Shown here one piece after another: positions 53,250-63,334 of a DNA stretch of 64,000 nucleotides. Made by a program: the position numbers and the translations under genes. Within the stretch, counting starts at the first letter, position 1; every line of letters starts with the position of its first letter. The notes under the pieces were generated by a model. The model did not search any database. It was not told the origin of the DNA and worked only from the letters and a program-made list of their open reading frames with translations. Location of the stretch: positions 160,001 to 224,000 of the forward strand of contig JAXMNT010000004.1 of assembly GCA_034670305.1 (NCBI GenBank). The letters run 5' to 3'. The DNA comes from Deltaproteobacteria bacterium. Its GTDB lineage: Bacteria; Myxococcota_A; Polyangia; Polyangiales; Houyiibacteriaceae.

Positions 53250-55186
53250 CTCCCGTCTTCCCCGAGCTGGCATCCGGCGTCTTCGTCCCCGCGATCTCGT
53301 TGACCGGGCTCACCGCCACGCAGGTGTTCACGGTGCTCGGCATCGCGGGCGGGCTCGTGGTGGTGCTCTACCTGCTCAAACTTCGGCGCCGCCAGGTCGA
53401 AGTCCCCTTCGTCAAACTCTGGCAGCAGGTGCTCGCGGAGAAGCAGACCACCCGTCTGTTCTCGCAGCTCAAGCGGCTGCTCTCGTTGCTCATCGCCCTG
53501 ATCATCGTGGGCGCGCTCGCGTTCGCGCTCGGGGATCCGCGCAGCGACGGCGCGCTCGACGAAGGCCGCACGCTGGTCGTCCTGGTGGATGCCTCGGCTT
53601 CCATGCAAGCGACCGACGTGGAGCCGAGCCGGTTCGACGCGGCGAAAGAGAAGGTCAAAGAACTGATCGAAGCGCTCGGCCCGGCGGACCGGATGCTCAT
53701 CGCGCAGCTCGATGCGACCGCGACGCCGGTGAGTCCGCTCTCGGGCGAGACGCGGGTGCTCTTCGACGCGCTCGACACCCTCGAAGCGACCGAGGTCGCC
53801 GCCAACCTGCGGGCGGGACTTCATCTCGCGCTCGACGTGCTGCGCGACCAGCCGCAGCCGGAGGTCGTGCTGATCTCCGATGGCAACGTCGGCGAGTCGC
53901 GTTTCGATCCACGCGTCTTCGCCGCGCGGCTGGAGGAACGCAACGTCCGCCTGAGCTGGGAGAAGATCGGCGTGCGCGGCCGCAACGTCGGCATCGCGGC
54001 GTTCAGCGTGCGGCGCTACCCACTCGACAAGAGCCAGAGCGAAGTCTTGGTCGAGCTCACGAACCCAAGCGACGAAGCCCACGACGTGGAGCTCACCTTG
54101 CTCGGCGACGGCGAAGCGGTGGACGTGCAGCGGCTGCGGCTCGCCGCCGGCGAACGGCTTCGGCGGTTCTTCCGAAACATCTCGGGCGTCGACGAAGCGC
54201 TCGAAGCCCGGATCACGATGGCGGACGGGACCCACGACGACCTCGCTGCGGACGACCGCGCGTTCGCCCGGTTGCCGGAGCGCCGGCGCGCGCGGGTGTG
54301 CGTGGTCAGCGAAGGCAACCTCTACCTTCAGGCCGCGCTGCTGCTCGATGAGTACCTCGACGTGACCGAGGTGACCCCGTCCCAGTGGCCGGTCGAAGAA
54401 ACCTACGACGTCTTCATCTTCGATGCGTGGGCGCCGCCCTCCCCGCCCGACACCGCGTCGCTGTACCTGGCGCCGCTTCGGTGGACCGAAGGCACCGGCC
54501 CACTGGAAGTCACCGGCGAGTTTGCCGCGCCTTACTTCACCCACATCGACCGCCGCCATCCGCTCTTGCGATGGACCGCGCTTCGGGACGTGAACGTCGC
54601 ACGCGCCGCCGAACTTCGACTCGAGCAAGGCGATCGGGGACTCGCGCGCGACGACCGCGGCCCGCTCATCGTGAGCGGTGCCCGCGATGGAAAGCGGTTC
54701 GTGGTGTTCGGCTTCGACGTCCGCGAGAGCGACCTGCCCTTGCGCGTGGCGTGGCCACTGCTCTTGCTCAACACCGTCGACTACTTCGTGCAGGAAGACG
54801 TCGGGTTCGTCTCGAGTTTCCACACCGGCGACACGTGGCATGTGCCGGTGCCCTCGCACCTCGACGCCGTAACCATCCTCGATCCGCGCGGCGAAGAACG
54901 CCGGGTGCCGGTCGTCGAAGGCCGCGCGGTGTTCGCCGGCCAGCACGTTGGCTTCCACACCGTGCGCACAGATGAAGGCGACGAACGGTTCGCGGCCAAC
55001 CTCGGCGCGGGCGAAGAGAGCCGCATCGAACCGGCGGAGTCTGTGGACGTCGGTGACATCGTTGCCGGCGCGCCGTCTCGTGGACAGATCGGCGCGCGGC
55101 GTGAGATCTGGCTCTACCTGGTGCTCTTGGTGCTCGGTGTCCTCACGGTCGAATGGTGGACCTACCACCGCAGGATGACGGTATGA
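53246..55186 (+). CDS. BatA/VWA domain membrane protein
   Basis: LYLLKLRRR N-terminal BatA-like segment; DASASM MIDAS; ISDG; C-terminal EW motif. Confidence 0.9.
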   Translation: MTPVFPELASGVFVPAISLTGLTATQVFTVLGIAGGLVVVLYLLKLRRRQVEVPFVKLWQQVLAEKQTTRLFSQLKRLLSLLIALIIVGALAFALGDPRSDGALDEGRTLVVLVDASASMQATDVEPSRFDAAKEKVKELIEALGPADRMLIAQLDATATPVSPLSGETRVLFDALDTLEATEVAANLRAGLHLALDVLRDQPQPEVVLISDGNVGESRFDPRVFAARLEERNVRLSWEKIGVRGRNVGIAAFSVRRYPLDKSQSEVLVELTNPSDEAHDVELTLLGDGEAVDVQRLRLAAGERLRRFFRNISGVDEALEARITMADGTHDDLAADDRAFARLPERRRARVCVVSEGNLYLQAALLLDEYLDVTEVTPSQWPVEETYDVFIFDAWAPPSPPDTASLYLAPLRWTEGTGPLEVTGEFAAPYFTHIDRRHPLLRWTALRDVNVARAAELRLEQGDRGLARDDRGPLIVSGARDGKRFVVFGFDVRESDLPLRVAWPLLLLNTVDYFVQEDVGFVSSFHTGDTWHVPVPSHLDAVTILDPRGEERRVPVVEGRAVFAGQHVGFHTVRTDEGDERFAANLGAGEESRIEPAESVDVGDIVAGAPSRGQIGARREIWLYLVLLVLGVLTVEWWTYHRRMTV

Positions 55187-58143
55187 GCACGGCAGACGAA
55201 CGATCGGACGCGGACGACGCCGCGAAACGGATCGGACGGCGCCGGCCCAGCCGACCGCCACCGAAGAAGAAGTCGAAAGGCGTGCCCTTCTTCTGGGGCA
55301 TGCTCTTCACCCTCGCCGCGTGCGTCGGGCTTGGCATCGCGCTCTGGACGACCCTCGGCGAAGGCTGGTCGGCGGAGATCGGCGGCGAGACCTACGAGCT
55401 CCTCCAGCCGCGCTGGATCGTCGCGTTCGCGATCGCCCCGCTGTTTCTGTTCGGCGCGACCCGTTCGCTCGCCGACCTGCCCGGGGCCCAGCGCTGGCTC
55501 GGGGTGTTCTCGCGCATCGCGCTCGCGGCGCTCCTGACGCTCGCCGTCGCGCGGCTCGCACGCACCACCGACGCCACCAAGGTCAGCACCGTCTTCCTCG
55601 TCGACGTGAGCGACTCCGTCACCGAAGAAGCACTCGTGGACGCCCGCGATGCCGTGCAGGCCGCGTGGGAGGTGCGCGAAGACAACGACCTGCAGCTCGT
55701 GACCTTCGCGCGTGAAGCGCGCGCGGTCCCGCTCGAACGCGGCCTCGATGAGATCCCGGGCATCGAACGCCACGAAGCCGTCGGCGCATCCGTCGCGGAC
55801 ACCGCCACGACACCCGAAGGTGCGGAAGTCGAACGAGACGCACCACCGCCCGACGAACAAGCGGGCGACCACCCCGGCCGCGGCAGCAACCTGCAGTCCG
55901 CGCTTCAGCTCGCCTATGGGCTCTTCCCGCCCGGCCATCTGCGCCGGGTCGTGCTCGTCAGCGACGGCGGCCAGACCGACGGAGACTTGCTCGCGGAAGC
56001 CAGCCGCGCCCGGCGCTTCGGGGTGAAGATCCACGCGCGGCCGAGCCGCCACGGCGCGCCGCCGGAAGTCGCCATCCGCGAGCTCGACTTGCCGGACCGC
56101 ATCAAGGTCGGCGACCCCTTCCCCGTCCGTGGCCGGATCTTCGCCTCGGTGCCCTCGACGATTCGTCTCCGGCTCTACCAGGGCGAGACCCTCAACGGAC
56201 TCGACTCGGTCCGCGACGTCGAAGTGCAACCGGGCGAGACCGAAGTGAACTTCCAGTCGGTGGTGCGGGTCGCCGGTCCGGTCACCTACCGGATGACCCT
56301 CGAACCCTCGGTGCCCGATGGCGAGCTCGCCGGCGGCGTCGCGCTCGACCGGTTCGCGGCCAACAACGAGTACGAGACTTCGGTCGTGGTGCCGGGCAAA
56401 CCCACGGTGCTCTACGTCGAAGGCGACCCCGGGCGCGCGACCTACCTCGCACGCGCGCTCAGCGCGGCCGACTACGACGTCGATGTGCGCGGACCGCGCG
56501 CCATCCCGACCAACGTGCGCGAGCTCGAGCGCTTCGACTTCTTCATCTTGAGCGACGTGTCCGCGGACCAAGTGAGCCTCGGTCAGATGGACGCGATCGA
56601 ACGCTACGTGCGCGACCTCGGCGGCGGCTTCCTCTTCGCCGGTGGCGAACGCGGCTTCGGGCTCGGCGGCTGGCAGGGCACCCGCATGGAGCGCCTGTTG
56701 CCGGTGCGCATGGACTCCGAGCGCCGCCGTGACCAACCGTCGCTCGCGCTCGCGCTCGTCATCGACCGCTCGGGATCGATGAACGGGGTCAAGATGGAGC
56801 TCGCCAAAGAAGCCGCGAAGGCGACCGCGGAGCTTTTGAGCGGCGACGACTACATCAGCGTCATCGGGTTCGACTCCCGGCCCGAACGGGTCGTGCGCAT
56901 GCAGAGCGCGCGCAACCGGGTCCGCATCCTGCGCGACATCGGCCGGCTCACGCCACGCGGCGGCACCGCCATCTTCCCGGCGCTCGACATGGCGTACCAG
57001 GATCTCGCGGTCACCCGCGCGCGGGTCAAACACGTCATTTTGCTCACCGACGGCCAAGCGCCGGACCAAGGCATCACCGAACTCACCCAGGTGATGCGCG
57101 CCGAAGGCATGACCATCTCGACGGTCGGTCTCGGCGCAGACGTCAACCGCGCGCTCTTGCAATCGATCGCCAACCTCGGTGGCGGCCGCAGCTACCTCAC
57201 GAACGACCCGCACAACGTGCCGCGCATCTTCATGCGCGAGACCACCACCGTGGCGCGCTCGAGCGCGGTCGAGGAGTACTTCCAGCCCACCGTCGTCCAG
57301 CGCGCGGACTTCTTGCGCGGCACCAACGTCGAGGGCTCGCCCTTCCTGCATGGCTACGTGGCGACCCGCAGCAAGCCGAGCCCGGCGCAGGTGATCTTGC
57401 AGAGCGACATCGGCGAGCCGATCCTCGCGCGCTGGCGGGTCGGCCTCGGCTGGTCGATGGCGTGGACCAGCGACGTGAAGAACCGCTGGGCGGTCGAGTG
57501 GGTGCGCTGGAACGGGTTCAGCCGGTTCTGGGCGCAGCTCATCCGAGAACACATGCGGCAGAAGCGGCGGCAGCGGCTCGACATGGTCGCGCGCACCACC
57601 GGCGACGAAGTGCACGTCGTGGTCGATGGCATCGGCGGCGACGACCAGTTCATGAACGACCTGACTTCGACGTTGAAGATCGAAGGTCCGATGGGCAGCC
57701 GCCGCGCCCGCGACGAAGAAGACGACCCACAGCTGCGCCGGACCCGCGAGCTGCCCTTCCGCCAGACCGCACCTGGCCGCTACGAAGCCCGGTTCCCGCT
57801 CGATGCGTACGGCTCGTTCGTCCTGACGGCGGAACACCGCCGCGAAGGCCGGCTCATCGCCGAGAGCGCGACCCAACTCGCGAACCCCTACCCCGCCGAG
57901 TACGCCACCCTCGAACCGGACGAAGCGCTGCTGAGAAGCGCGGCCGACCTCACCGAAGGCGTGCTCGACCCCGAACCCGCCGCCATCTTTGATCCCGGCG
58001 AAGAGACCATCCGCGCCCACGAAGAACTCTGGCCCTGGCTCCTCTACTTCGCACTCGGCCTCTTCTTGCTGGATCTGCTGCTGCGCCGCGTCCGAATCTT
58101 CGACCGCAAGTTCAAGAAGAGAACCCGCCGCCAACGCGCCTAG
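55183..58143 (+). CDS. Double-VWA domain membrane protein with glutamine amidotransferase-like domain
   Basis: DVSDS and DRSGSM MIDAS motifs; YVRDLGGG...GG...FG.GG; ATGA overlap. Confidence 0.9.
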   Translation: MSTADERSDADDAAKRIGRRRPSRPPPKKKSKGVPFFWGMLFTLAACVGLGIALWTTLGEGWSAEIGGETYELLQPRWIVAFAIAPLFLFGATRSLADLPGAQRWLGVFSRIALAALLTLAVARLARTTDATKVSTVFLVDVSDSVTEEALVDARDAVQAAWEVREDNDLQLVTFAREARAVPLERGLDEIPGIERHEAVGASVADTATTPEGAEVERDAPPPDEQAGDHPGRGSNLQSALQLAYGLFPPGHLRRVVLVSDGGQTDGDLLAEASRARRFGVKIHARPSRHGAPPEVAIRELDLPDRIKVGDPFPVRGRIFASVPSTIRLRLYQGETLNGLDSVRDVEVQPGETEVNFQSVVRVAGPVTYRMTLEPSVPDGELAGGVALDRFAANNEYETSVVVPGKPTVLYVEGDPGRATYLARALSAADYDVDVRGPRAIPTNVRELERFDFFILSDVSADQVSLGQMDAIERYVRDLGGGFLFAGGERGFGLGGWQGTRMERLLPVRMDSERRRDQPSLALALVIDRSGSMNGVKMELAKEAAKATAELLSGDDYISVIGFDSRPERVVRMQSARNRVRILRDIGRLTPRGGTAIFPALDMAYQDLAVTRARVKHVILLTDGQAPDQGITELTQVMRAEGMTISTVGLGADVNRALLQSIANLGGGRSYLTNDPHNVPRIFMRETTTVARSSAVEEYFQPTVVQRADFLRGTNVEGSPFLHGYVATRSKPSPAQVILQSDIGEPILARWRVGLGWSMAWTSDVKNRWAVEWVRWNGFSRFWAQLIREHMRQKRRQRLDMVARTTGDEVHVVVDGIGGDDQFMNDLTSTLKIEGPMGSRRARDEEDDPQLRRTRELPFRQTAPGRYEARFPLDAYGSFVLTAEHRREGRLIAESATQLANPYPAEYATLEPDEALLRSAADLTEGVLDPEPAAIFDPGEETIRAHEELWPWLLYFALGLFLLDLLLRRVRIFDRKFKKRTRRQRA

Positions 58144-58279
58144 CCTCGGCTGAGTCGAAACGCGGGTCGTCTCTCGCGAGGGAGGCTTTGGGCCCGCGCG
58201 GAGCGAAACGAGCAGGTCCGGAGGCCCGCAGAAACCCCGCGAGAGACCAGCAATCAGCGGCGCTTTTTCTCACCCGAGG
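58144..58279. other. Nested inverted-repeat element, 136 bp
   Basis: CCTCGGCTGAG/CTCACCCGAGG ends; GTCTCTCGCG(58169-78)/CGCGAGAGAC(58238-47); GGGCC/GGCCC. Confidence 0.65.
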
Positions 58280-58312
58280 TGAAGATGCCGGCCTTCCGCG
58301 ACAAGATGGGGT

Positions 58313-58846
58313 GTGGGTCGTTCGCGCACCGATGTTCTTCCGGCGGTTTCGGCGCCGGTGCTGGATGTGCACGAGGCCTACGAGCGCCATGCGGAATTCG
58401 TGTGGCGGTCGCTGGCGCGGCTTGGATGTGCACCTGCGGACCGGGCGGACCTGCTTCAGGAGGCCTTCGTGGTGCTCCACCGGCGGCGGGCCGATTGGGA
58501 CGGGCGTTCGGTGCGGGGTTGGCTGTGGGGGATCTGCGTTGGACTGATGCGGAACCACCGGCGGCGGGCGTTTCGTCGGATCGAGACTTTGGTGGCCGAT
58601 GTGGACGTTGCGGGCGCCCCGCCAGTCGATGTGATCGAGCGGAAGCGACGGATGGCGAATGGGCAGCGCGCGCTCGCGGAGCTGGAGGTCGAACAGCGGG
58701 CGGTGTTCGTGATGTTCGAGATCGAGCAACTGAGCGGCAAACAGATCGCAGACTCCTTGGAGATCCCACTCGGCACCGTGCACTCGCGTCTCTTCTCCGC
58801 CCGCAAGACGCTCGCGCGGCGGCTGCAGGAGTTCGAAGATGAGTGA
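58313..58846 (+). CDS. ECF RNA polymerase sigma-70 factor
   Basis: DLLQEAFV..RGWL and QIADSLEIPLGTVHSRL. Start uncertain. Confidence 0.92.
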   Translation: MGRSRTDVLPAVSAPVLDVHEAYERHAEFVWRSLARLGCAPADRADLLQEAFVVLHRRRADWDGRSVRGWLWGICVGLMRNHRRRAFRRIETLVADVDVAGAPPVDVIERKRRMANGQRALAELEVEQRAVFVMFEIEQLSGKQIADSLEIPLGTVHSRLFSARKTLARRLQEFEDE

Positions 58847-59657
58847 GTCTGATCCGATCCGCTGGCGCGAGATGCCGGAGCTTCCACCCGGCACGCTCGA
58901 GCTGCTCGAGTCGGTCGAGCGGCCCGATGTGCTGCCGCCCGCGATCCGGGCCGAGGTCGGTGGACGGCTCAGTGCGCAAGTGGTGCGTCCGGCGCCTCGG
59001 TGGATGGCGGGGGCACTTCCGGTCGGCGTCGCGGTCCTGGCGACGGCGGCGGTGATCGGCGGGATCGTCGTGTGGCATCAGTCCCGGCCGCGGGCTCCCG
59101 AGCGGATCGATCCGCTGGTCGAAGAGATGGCTGCGCCGTCCGAAGCGCCGAGTTCTACGATCGATGCCGTCGAAGAAGAGCACACGCTCGGGCAAACGAT
59201 CGAGGAGCCGCCGGAGGTAGAGCGCGTCGTAGCACCGCCCAGCCCAATGCGTGCCACCCAGAGCGCGATGCGCGCCGTTCCCCAGTCGCCCGATGTAGAC
59301 CCCGTTCCCGCCATGACCCTCCTAGGCCGCGAGGCATTCGAGAGGGAGCTTCCCTCTCGAATGGAGGCGCGGCCTGCGGTGGCGGAGGGGGTCGGCACGC
59401 TGATGGTGAACTCGATGCCGTGGTCGCGGGTATGGGTCGATGGACGTTCGTTGGGCAACACGCCAGTGGTGAACGTGAGGCTGGCCGCGGGCACCCACCG
59501 ACTGCGTTTGCAGGCGGAGGGCTTTGACGCGGTGACCCGAACCATCCAAATCCGCGCCGATCAACGAAGCCAGTTCATCCACCGGTTCAGCCGCTCAACG
59601 ATGACATCTTCGATCGTCGACCCGTTCGGCGACCCCGTCCCAGCCAACCCGTTCTAG
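58839..59657 (+). CDS. Putative anti-sigma factor with PEGA domain
   Basis: Single TM, Pro-rich linker and GTLMVNSMPWSRVWVDG..LGNTP...L.AGTH. Confidence 0.82.
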   Translation: MSESDPIRWREMPELPPGTLELLESVERPDVLPPAIRAEVGGRLSAQVVRPAPRWMAGALPVGVAVLATAAVIGGIVVWHQSRPRAPERIDPLVEEMAAPSEAPSSTIDAVEEEHTLGQTIEEPPEVERVVAPPSPMRATQSAMRAVPQSPDVDPVPAMTLLGREAFERELPSRMEARPAVAEGVGTLMVNSMPWSRVWVDGRSLGNTPVVNVRLAAGTHRLRLQAEGFDAVTRTIQIRADQRSQFIHRFSRSTMTSSIVDPFGDPVPANPF

Positions 59658-59685
59658 CAGGTCGCTGAAAAGCGACCTACTCCCT

Positions 59686-59875
59686 TTGCCGTTGCCCTCG
59701 CCCGTGCCCTTGCCCGCGTCGTGGACGCCGTGTGTTTCGCGACGGCCAACCCGCGAATCGGTCGGTGGAGCTCTAGCCCACCTTGAGCAGGTCGTCGCGA
59801 TGCTCGTCGCGCTGATCAAGCGATCTGACCGCTGATCCGCGGGCAGGGCAAAGGCAAGGGCAGGGGCAAGGGGCA
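59686..59875. repeat. Inverted pair of degenerate (TTGCCC)n / (GGGCAA)n runs flanking a ~120-bp core
   Basis: ...TGCCCTTGCCCGCG (to 59718) and CGCGGGCAGGGCAAAGGCAAGGGC... (from 59838). Confidence 0.75.
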
Positions 59876-59912
59876 GGCTGCTGAAGGGAACTGGGTCGCG
59901 CTATCCTCCGGC

Positions 59913-61367
59913 ATGGCCCGAGTACGGAATCTTCTGATCACCCTCGCCCTCACCGGCTGCCCGGCCGAGTCCCCCGTCACGCCGGAACCAGAGCCAACCC
60001 AGGGCGCTGAAGAGGCCCGCTCGTTTGCCAGCATCGAAGAAGCCACCGCCGCGCTCGAGAGCGGCGACCAGGCGGCCGCCATCTTTCTCGCGGAGCAAGT
60101 GCACGACCCCGACACCTCGGACGAAGACGTCGTCGAAGCGCTCGCCGGTCTGCAAGCCGCGCCCCAAGTGGCCGCGGCGCGGTGGGGGCTGGACCGGGCC
60201 TCGGGCAACTCGCCGGTGCACAACCGAATCCGGATCCACGCGATGCGCATGCTCGGTGCGACCGGGAGCGAGGAGGCGGTCGAGCCGCTGGCCAGCGTGG
60301 TCGACGACAGCCGCAGCCACATCCTGATTCGTAGGCTCGCTGTGGAGAGCCTGGGCCAACTTCGTTCCGAGAGCGCCCTGCCGGTCTTGCTCCGCGCGCT
60401 CTACATCGCAGACCGTGAGAACCCGGCAATGCGCATGAACGACGCAGCCGCCTTGGCGCTCCTCCAGCTTGGTGAGGTCGCGGTGCAGCCTCTTTTGGAG
60501 ATCCTCGATGCGGAACCGGAGGGCGCACACGACGACATCCTCACGCTGACCGAAGCCTACGTGGGCCAAGTGCTCACGGCGAACTCGGCTGTGGAGATGA
60601 ACCCACGCGAAGTCCGCATGGGCGAGGCGCTGTACGTCCTTGGCGCTCTCGGCGACCCGCGCGCGGCGCCGCGCTTGGTGGAGTTGAGCGCCGACGAGGA
60701 CTCCCATGTCTCGCTGGGTGCGATGATGGCGGCCGCGCGCCTGGTCCCCACGCCGCCAGAGACGTTCGGGCTCGTGGACGCGGCGATTCAGGACGCAGAC
60801 CGGCCTGCGTACGAACGCGCTCAGCTGCTCGCACTGATGGTGCGTTTGCCAGACAACCGGGCCGTCAGCGTCTGCCAGCGCATCGCAGAGGGCGGGGACG
60901 AACTCCCGCTCCGCTACCAAGCGACCAACTTCTTCTGGCTGCTGGCAACCGCCACCGAAGCCGGACGTTTCTCCTCCGCGGAGGACATTCCAATGAACGA
61001 CTCACTCGAAGCGCTGGCCAGTCTCTCGGAGCGCTGCAACGACCTAGCTTGCTACCGCGACATGCTCGACCCCGGAGACCACGTGGCGTTCGAGAAGGCG
61101 AGCGCAATGCTCATCCGGGTGGGCGACCAGGAGCCCGAGACCATCGATCGATTCTTCGGTGCCCTTCGCACGGGGGAGATCATGGTCCGCCGCCAGGCCA
61201 CCCAGGCCATCGATCGCCTGCTTGTGACCCCCACCCAGGCGCAGGCCGATGCGCTGCGGCACCTCACCGACACCCTTGAAGTAGCGGAAGCTGGACGCGC
61301 CAGCTGGCACGCTGTCCAGAGTGAACTTCGCATCGTGGTCGAGCGCGTGGCAGGCCGAGTCCAGTAG
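59913..61367 (+). CDS. HEAT repeat lipoprotein
   Basis: Lipobox LTGC; RRLAVESLGQL..ALPVL and ALGDPRAAPRL repeats. Confidence 0.85.
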   Translation: MARVRNLLITLALTGCPAESPVTPEPEPTQGAEEARSFASIEEATAALESGDQAAAIFLAEQVHDPDTSDEDVVEALAGLQAAPQVAAARWGLDRASGNSPVHNRIRIHAMRMLGATGSEEAVEPLASVVDDSRSHILIRRLAVESLGQLRSESALPVLLRALYIADRENPAMRMNDAAALALLQLGEVAVQPLLEILDAEPEGAHDDILTLTEAYVGQVLTANSAVEMNPREVRMGEALYVLGALGDPRAAPRLVELSADEDSHVSLGAMMAAARLVPTPPETFGLVDAAIQDADRPAYERAQLLALMVRLPDNRAVSVCQRIAEGGDELPLRYQATNFFWLLATATEAGRFSSAEDIPMNDSLEALASLSERCNDLACYRDMLDPGDHVAFEKASAMLIRVGDQEPETIDRFFGALRTGEIMVRRQATQAIDRLLVTPTQAQADALRHLTDTLEVAEAGRASWHAVQSELRIVVERVAGRVQ

Positions 61368-61381
61368 ACCGCCAACGGGGG

Positions 61382-63223
61382 TCAGCTGGCCGCGTCGTAG
61401 ACGCCGCTGGAGCTCTTGGTGTGCGACTGCGGCAGCACCATGGTGAACACGGTTTTCCCCGGTTCGCTCTCGCACGTGATCGTACCGCCGTGGTCTTCGA
61501 CGATCTGGGCGACGATGGCGAGGCCGAGGCCGGTGCCGCCCTTCTTGCCATGCGTGATGAAGGATTCGAAGAGCCGCCCTTTGATGAGCTCCGGCACGCC
61601 AGGGCCGTCGTCGATGAACTGGAGCACGAGCGCTTTGGTCTCCACGTCCCGGTCGACGATGATCCGGAACGTGCCGCGCCGGTCGGTCGCAGCGATGGCC
61701 TCGGCCGCGTTGCGCGCGAGGTTGTGCACGGCGCGCATGAGCTTCGGTCCGTCGACGTGTGCGATGCCGCGATCCCGCAGCTCGAGCTGGATGTCGATGT
61801 GCTCCTCGAGGCTCCGCCGGACCTGCTCGGTGAGCACGTCGAAGAACTGGTACAGGTACACCTTCCGGACCCAGAGCTTGCGGTCGCCACGCGCGAACGC
61901 GAGCGTCTCGCGGGTCATGTCGTCGAGCACGTCCACCTGGGTGAGCACCGACTCCACGTACTGCGCTCGGATCTCGCCGTCTGCCTCCCCTGCGAGCATG
62001 CGCGCGTACCCCTTGATGATCGTCATCGGGGTCTTCAGGTCGTGGAGCACACTGGAGAGGAACTGGCCGAGGGCCGTCAGCCGCTCTTCCCGCTCCTGCC
62101 GCTCTCGGCCGCGGGCGATTTGAATCGCGGTCGAGATGTGTCCCGCGATCACCGTGGCGAGCTTCAGGTCGTCCGAGGTGAAGTTGCTTCGGCCCTTGCC
62201 CTTGTTGAGCAGCTCGACCGCCCCGATGCCTTCCAGTTCGCCGTCGTCCCAGCGAAGCGGCACACAGAGCACGTTCCGCGGATGGTACCCGGTGTGCTCC
62301 GAGATGTGCCGGGAGTGGCGGTCGTCGTCGTCGAGGCGGTTGACCACCTGCGGCTTGTTGTTCTTCGCCACCCAGCCGCAGATGCCCTGGCCGGATCGGA
62401 TCTTCAGCTTCTTCACCTTCTCGGGCTCGCCGCCCACCGCCGCGCGGAAGTGCAGGTCGCCGGTGACCTCGTGGGCCAACATGATCGATGCGGCTTCGGC
62501 GTCGACGGCCCGCATGGTGCGCGCCAGCATCGCTTGCAGCAGCTCGTCGAGATCTTCGGTGCTCGCCGACACCTGCGCGATCTCGAAGAGCACGTCGAGT
62601 TCGCGGATCTTGTTCTGGAGCTGCTCTTGGGTTTCGAGCAGCTCGATGTTCTTGCCGACGACACTCAAGAACAGCTTCGAGTTCTCGATCGACACGGCCG
62701 CTTGAGAAGCCAGCGCACCGAGCAGGCGCTCGTCGGCGACCATGAAATAGCCGTGGCGTTTGTTGAGCACCTGCACCACGCCGATGATCCGGCCGTGCTG
62801 GTTCTTCATCGGGATACACAGAACGCTGCGGGTGCGGTAGCCGGTGCGGCGGTCCCACTCGCCATCGAACCGAACGTCCTGGTAGGCGTCCTTGAGGTTC
62901 AGCGGCTTGCCGGTCTTCGCCACGGAACCGGCGAGCCCTTCCCCGACCTTCAAACGGATCTCGTGCACGAGTTCGCCCTGCGCGACCTTCGACCACAGCT
63001 CGCCAGTGTCTTCGTCGAGCAAGTAGAGGGTGGAGCGCTCCGCATCCATCAGGTCGCTGATGCGGGCGAGCACCACGGTCAGCAGCTCGTTCAGATCGAG
63101 CGTCGAACCAAGCAAGACGCCGATCTCTTGCAGGGCGCGCAGTTTGGCGCGCTCGCGCTCCATCTCGAGCCTCAGCTCAGACAGCGCCTCCGCATCGGTC
63201 TCGGCTTCGGTCTCCGTCGACAC
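61382..63223 (-). CDS. GAF-GAF sensor histidine kinase
   Basis: GAF domains with DAYQD.RF..TGY.TRSVLC.P; H-box HDLKTP; NLARNA, DDGPG and GGTGLGL. Confidence 0.94.
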   Translation of the reverse strand: MSTETEAETDAEALSELRLEMERERAKLRALQEIGVLLGSTLDLNELLTVVLARISDLMDAERSTLYLLDEDTGELWSKVAQGELVHEIRLKVGEGLAGSVAKTGKPLNLKDAYQDVRFDGEWDRRTGYRTRSVLCIPMKNQHGRIIGVVQVLNKRHGYFMVADERLLGALASQAAVSIENSKLFLSVVGKNIELLETQEQLQNKIRELDVLFEIAQVSASTEDLDELLQAMLARTMRAVDAEAASIMLAHEVTGDLHFRAAVGGEPEKVKKLKIRSGQGICGWVAKNNKPQVVNRLDDDDRHSRHISEHTGYHPRNVLCVPLRWDDGELEGIGAVELLNKGKGRSNFTSDDLKLATVIAGHISTAIQIARGRERQEREERLTALGQFLSSVLHDLKTPMTIIKGYARMLAGEADGEIRAQYVESVLTQVDVLDDMTRETLAFARGDRKLWVRKVYLYQFFDVLTEQVRRSLEEHIDIQLELRDRGIAHVDGPKLMRAVHNLARNAAEAIAATDRRGTFRIIVDRDVETKALVLQFIDDGPGVPELIKGRLFESFITHGKKGGTGLGLAIVAQIVEDHGGTITCESEPGKTVFTMVLPQSHTKSSSGVYDAAS

Positions 63224-63334
63224 AGGCCATTGTCCCCGCAAAGGGGGGACAACATCAACCAGCGTGTTGGGCGTTCACGCGCTCGAAGCGGGCACGCACG
63301 CAAGCCAAGGGCAAGGGGAGCAGCTTCGCGTGCT

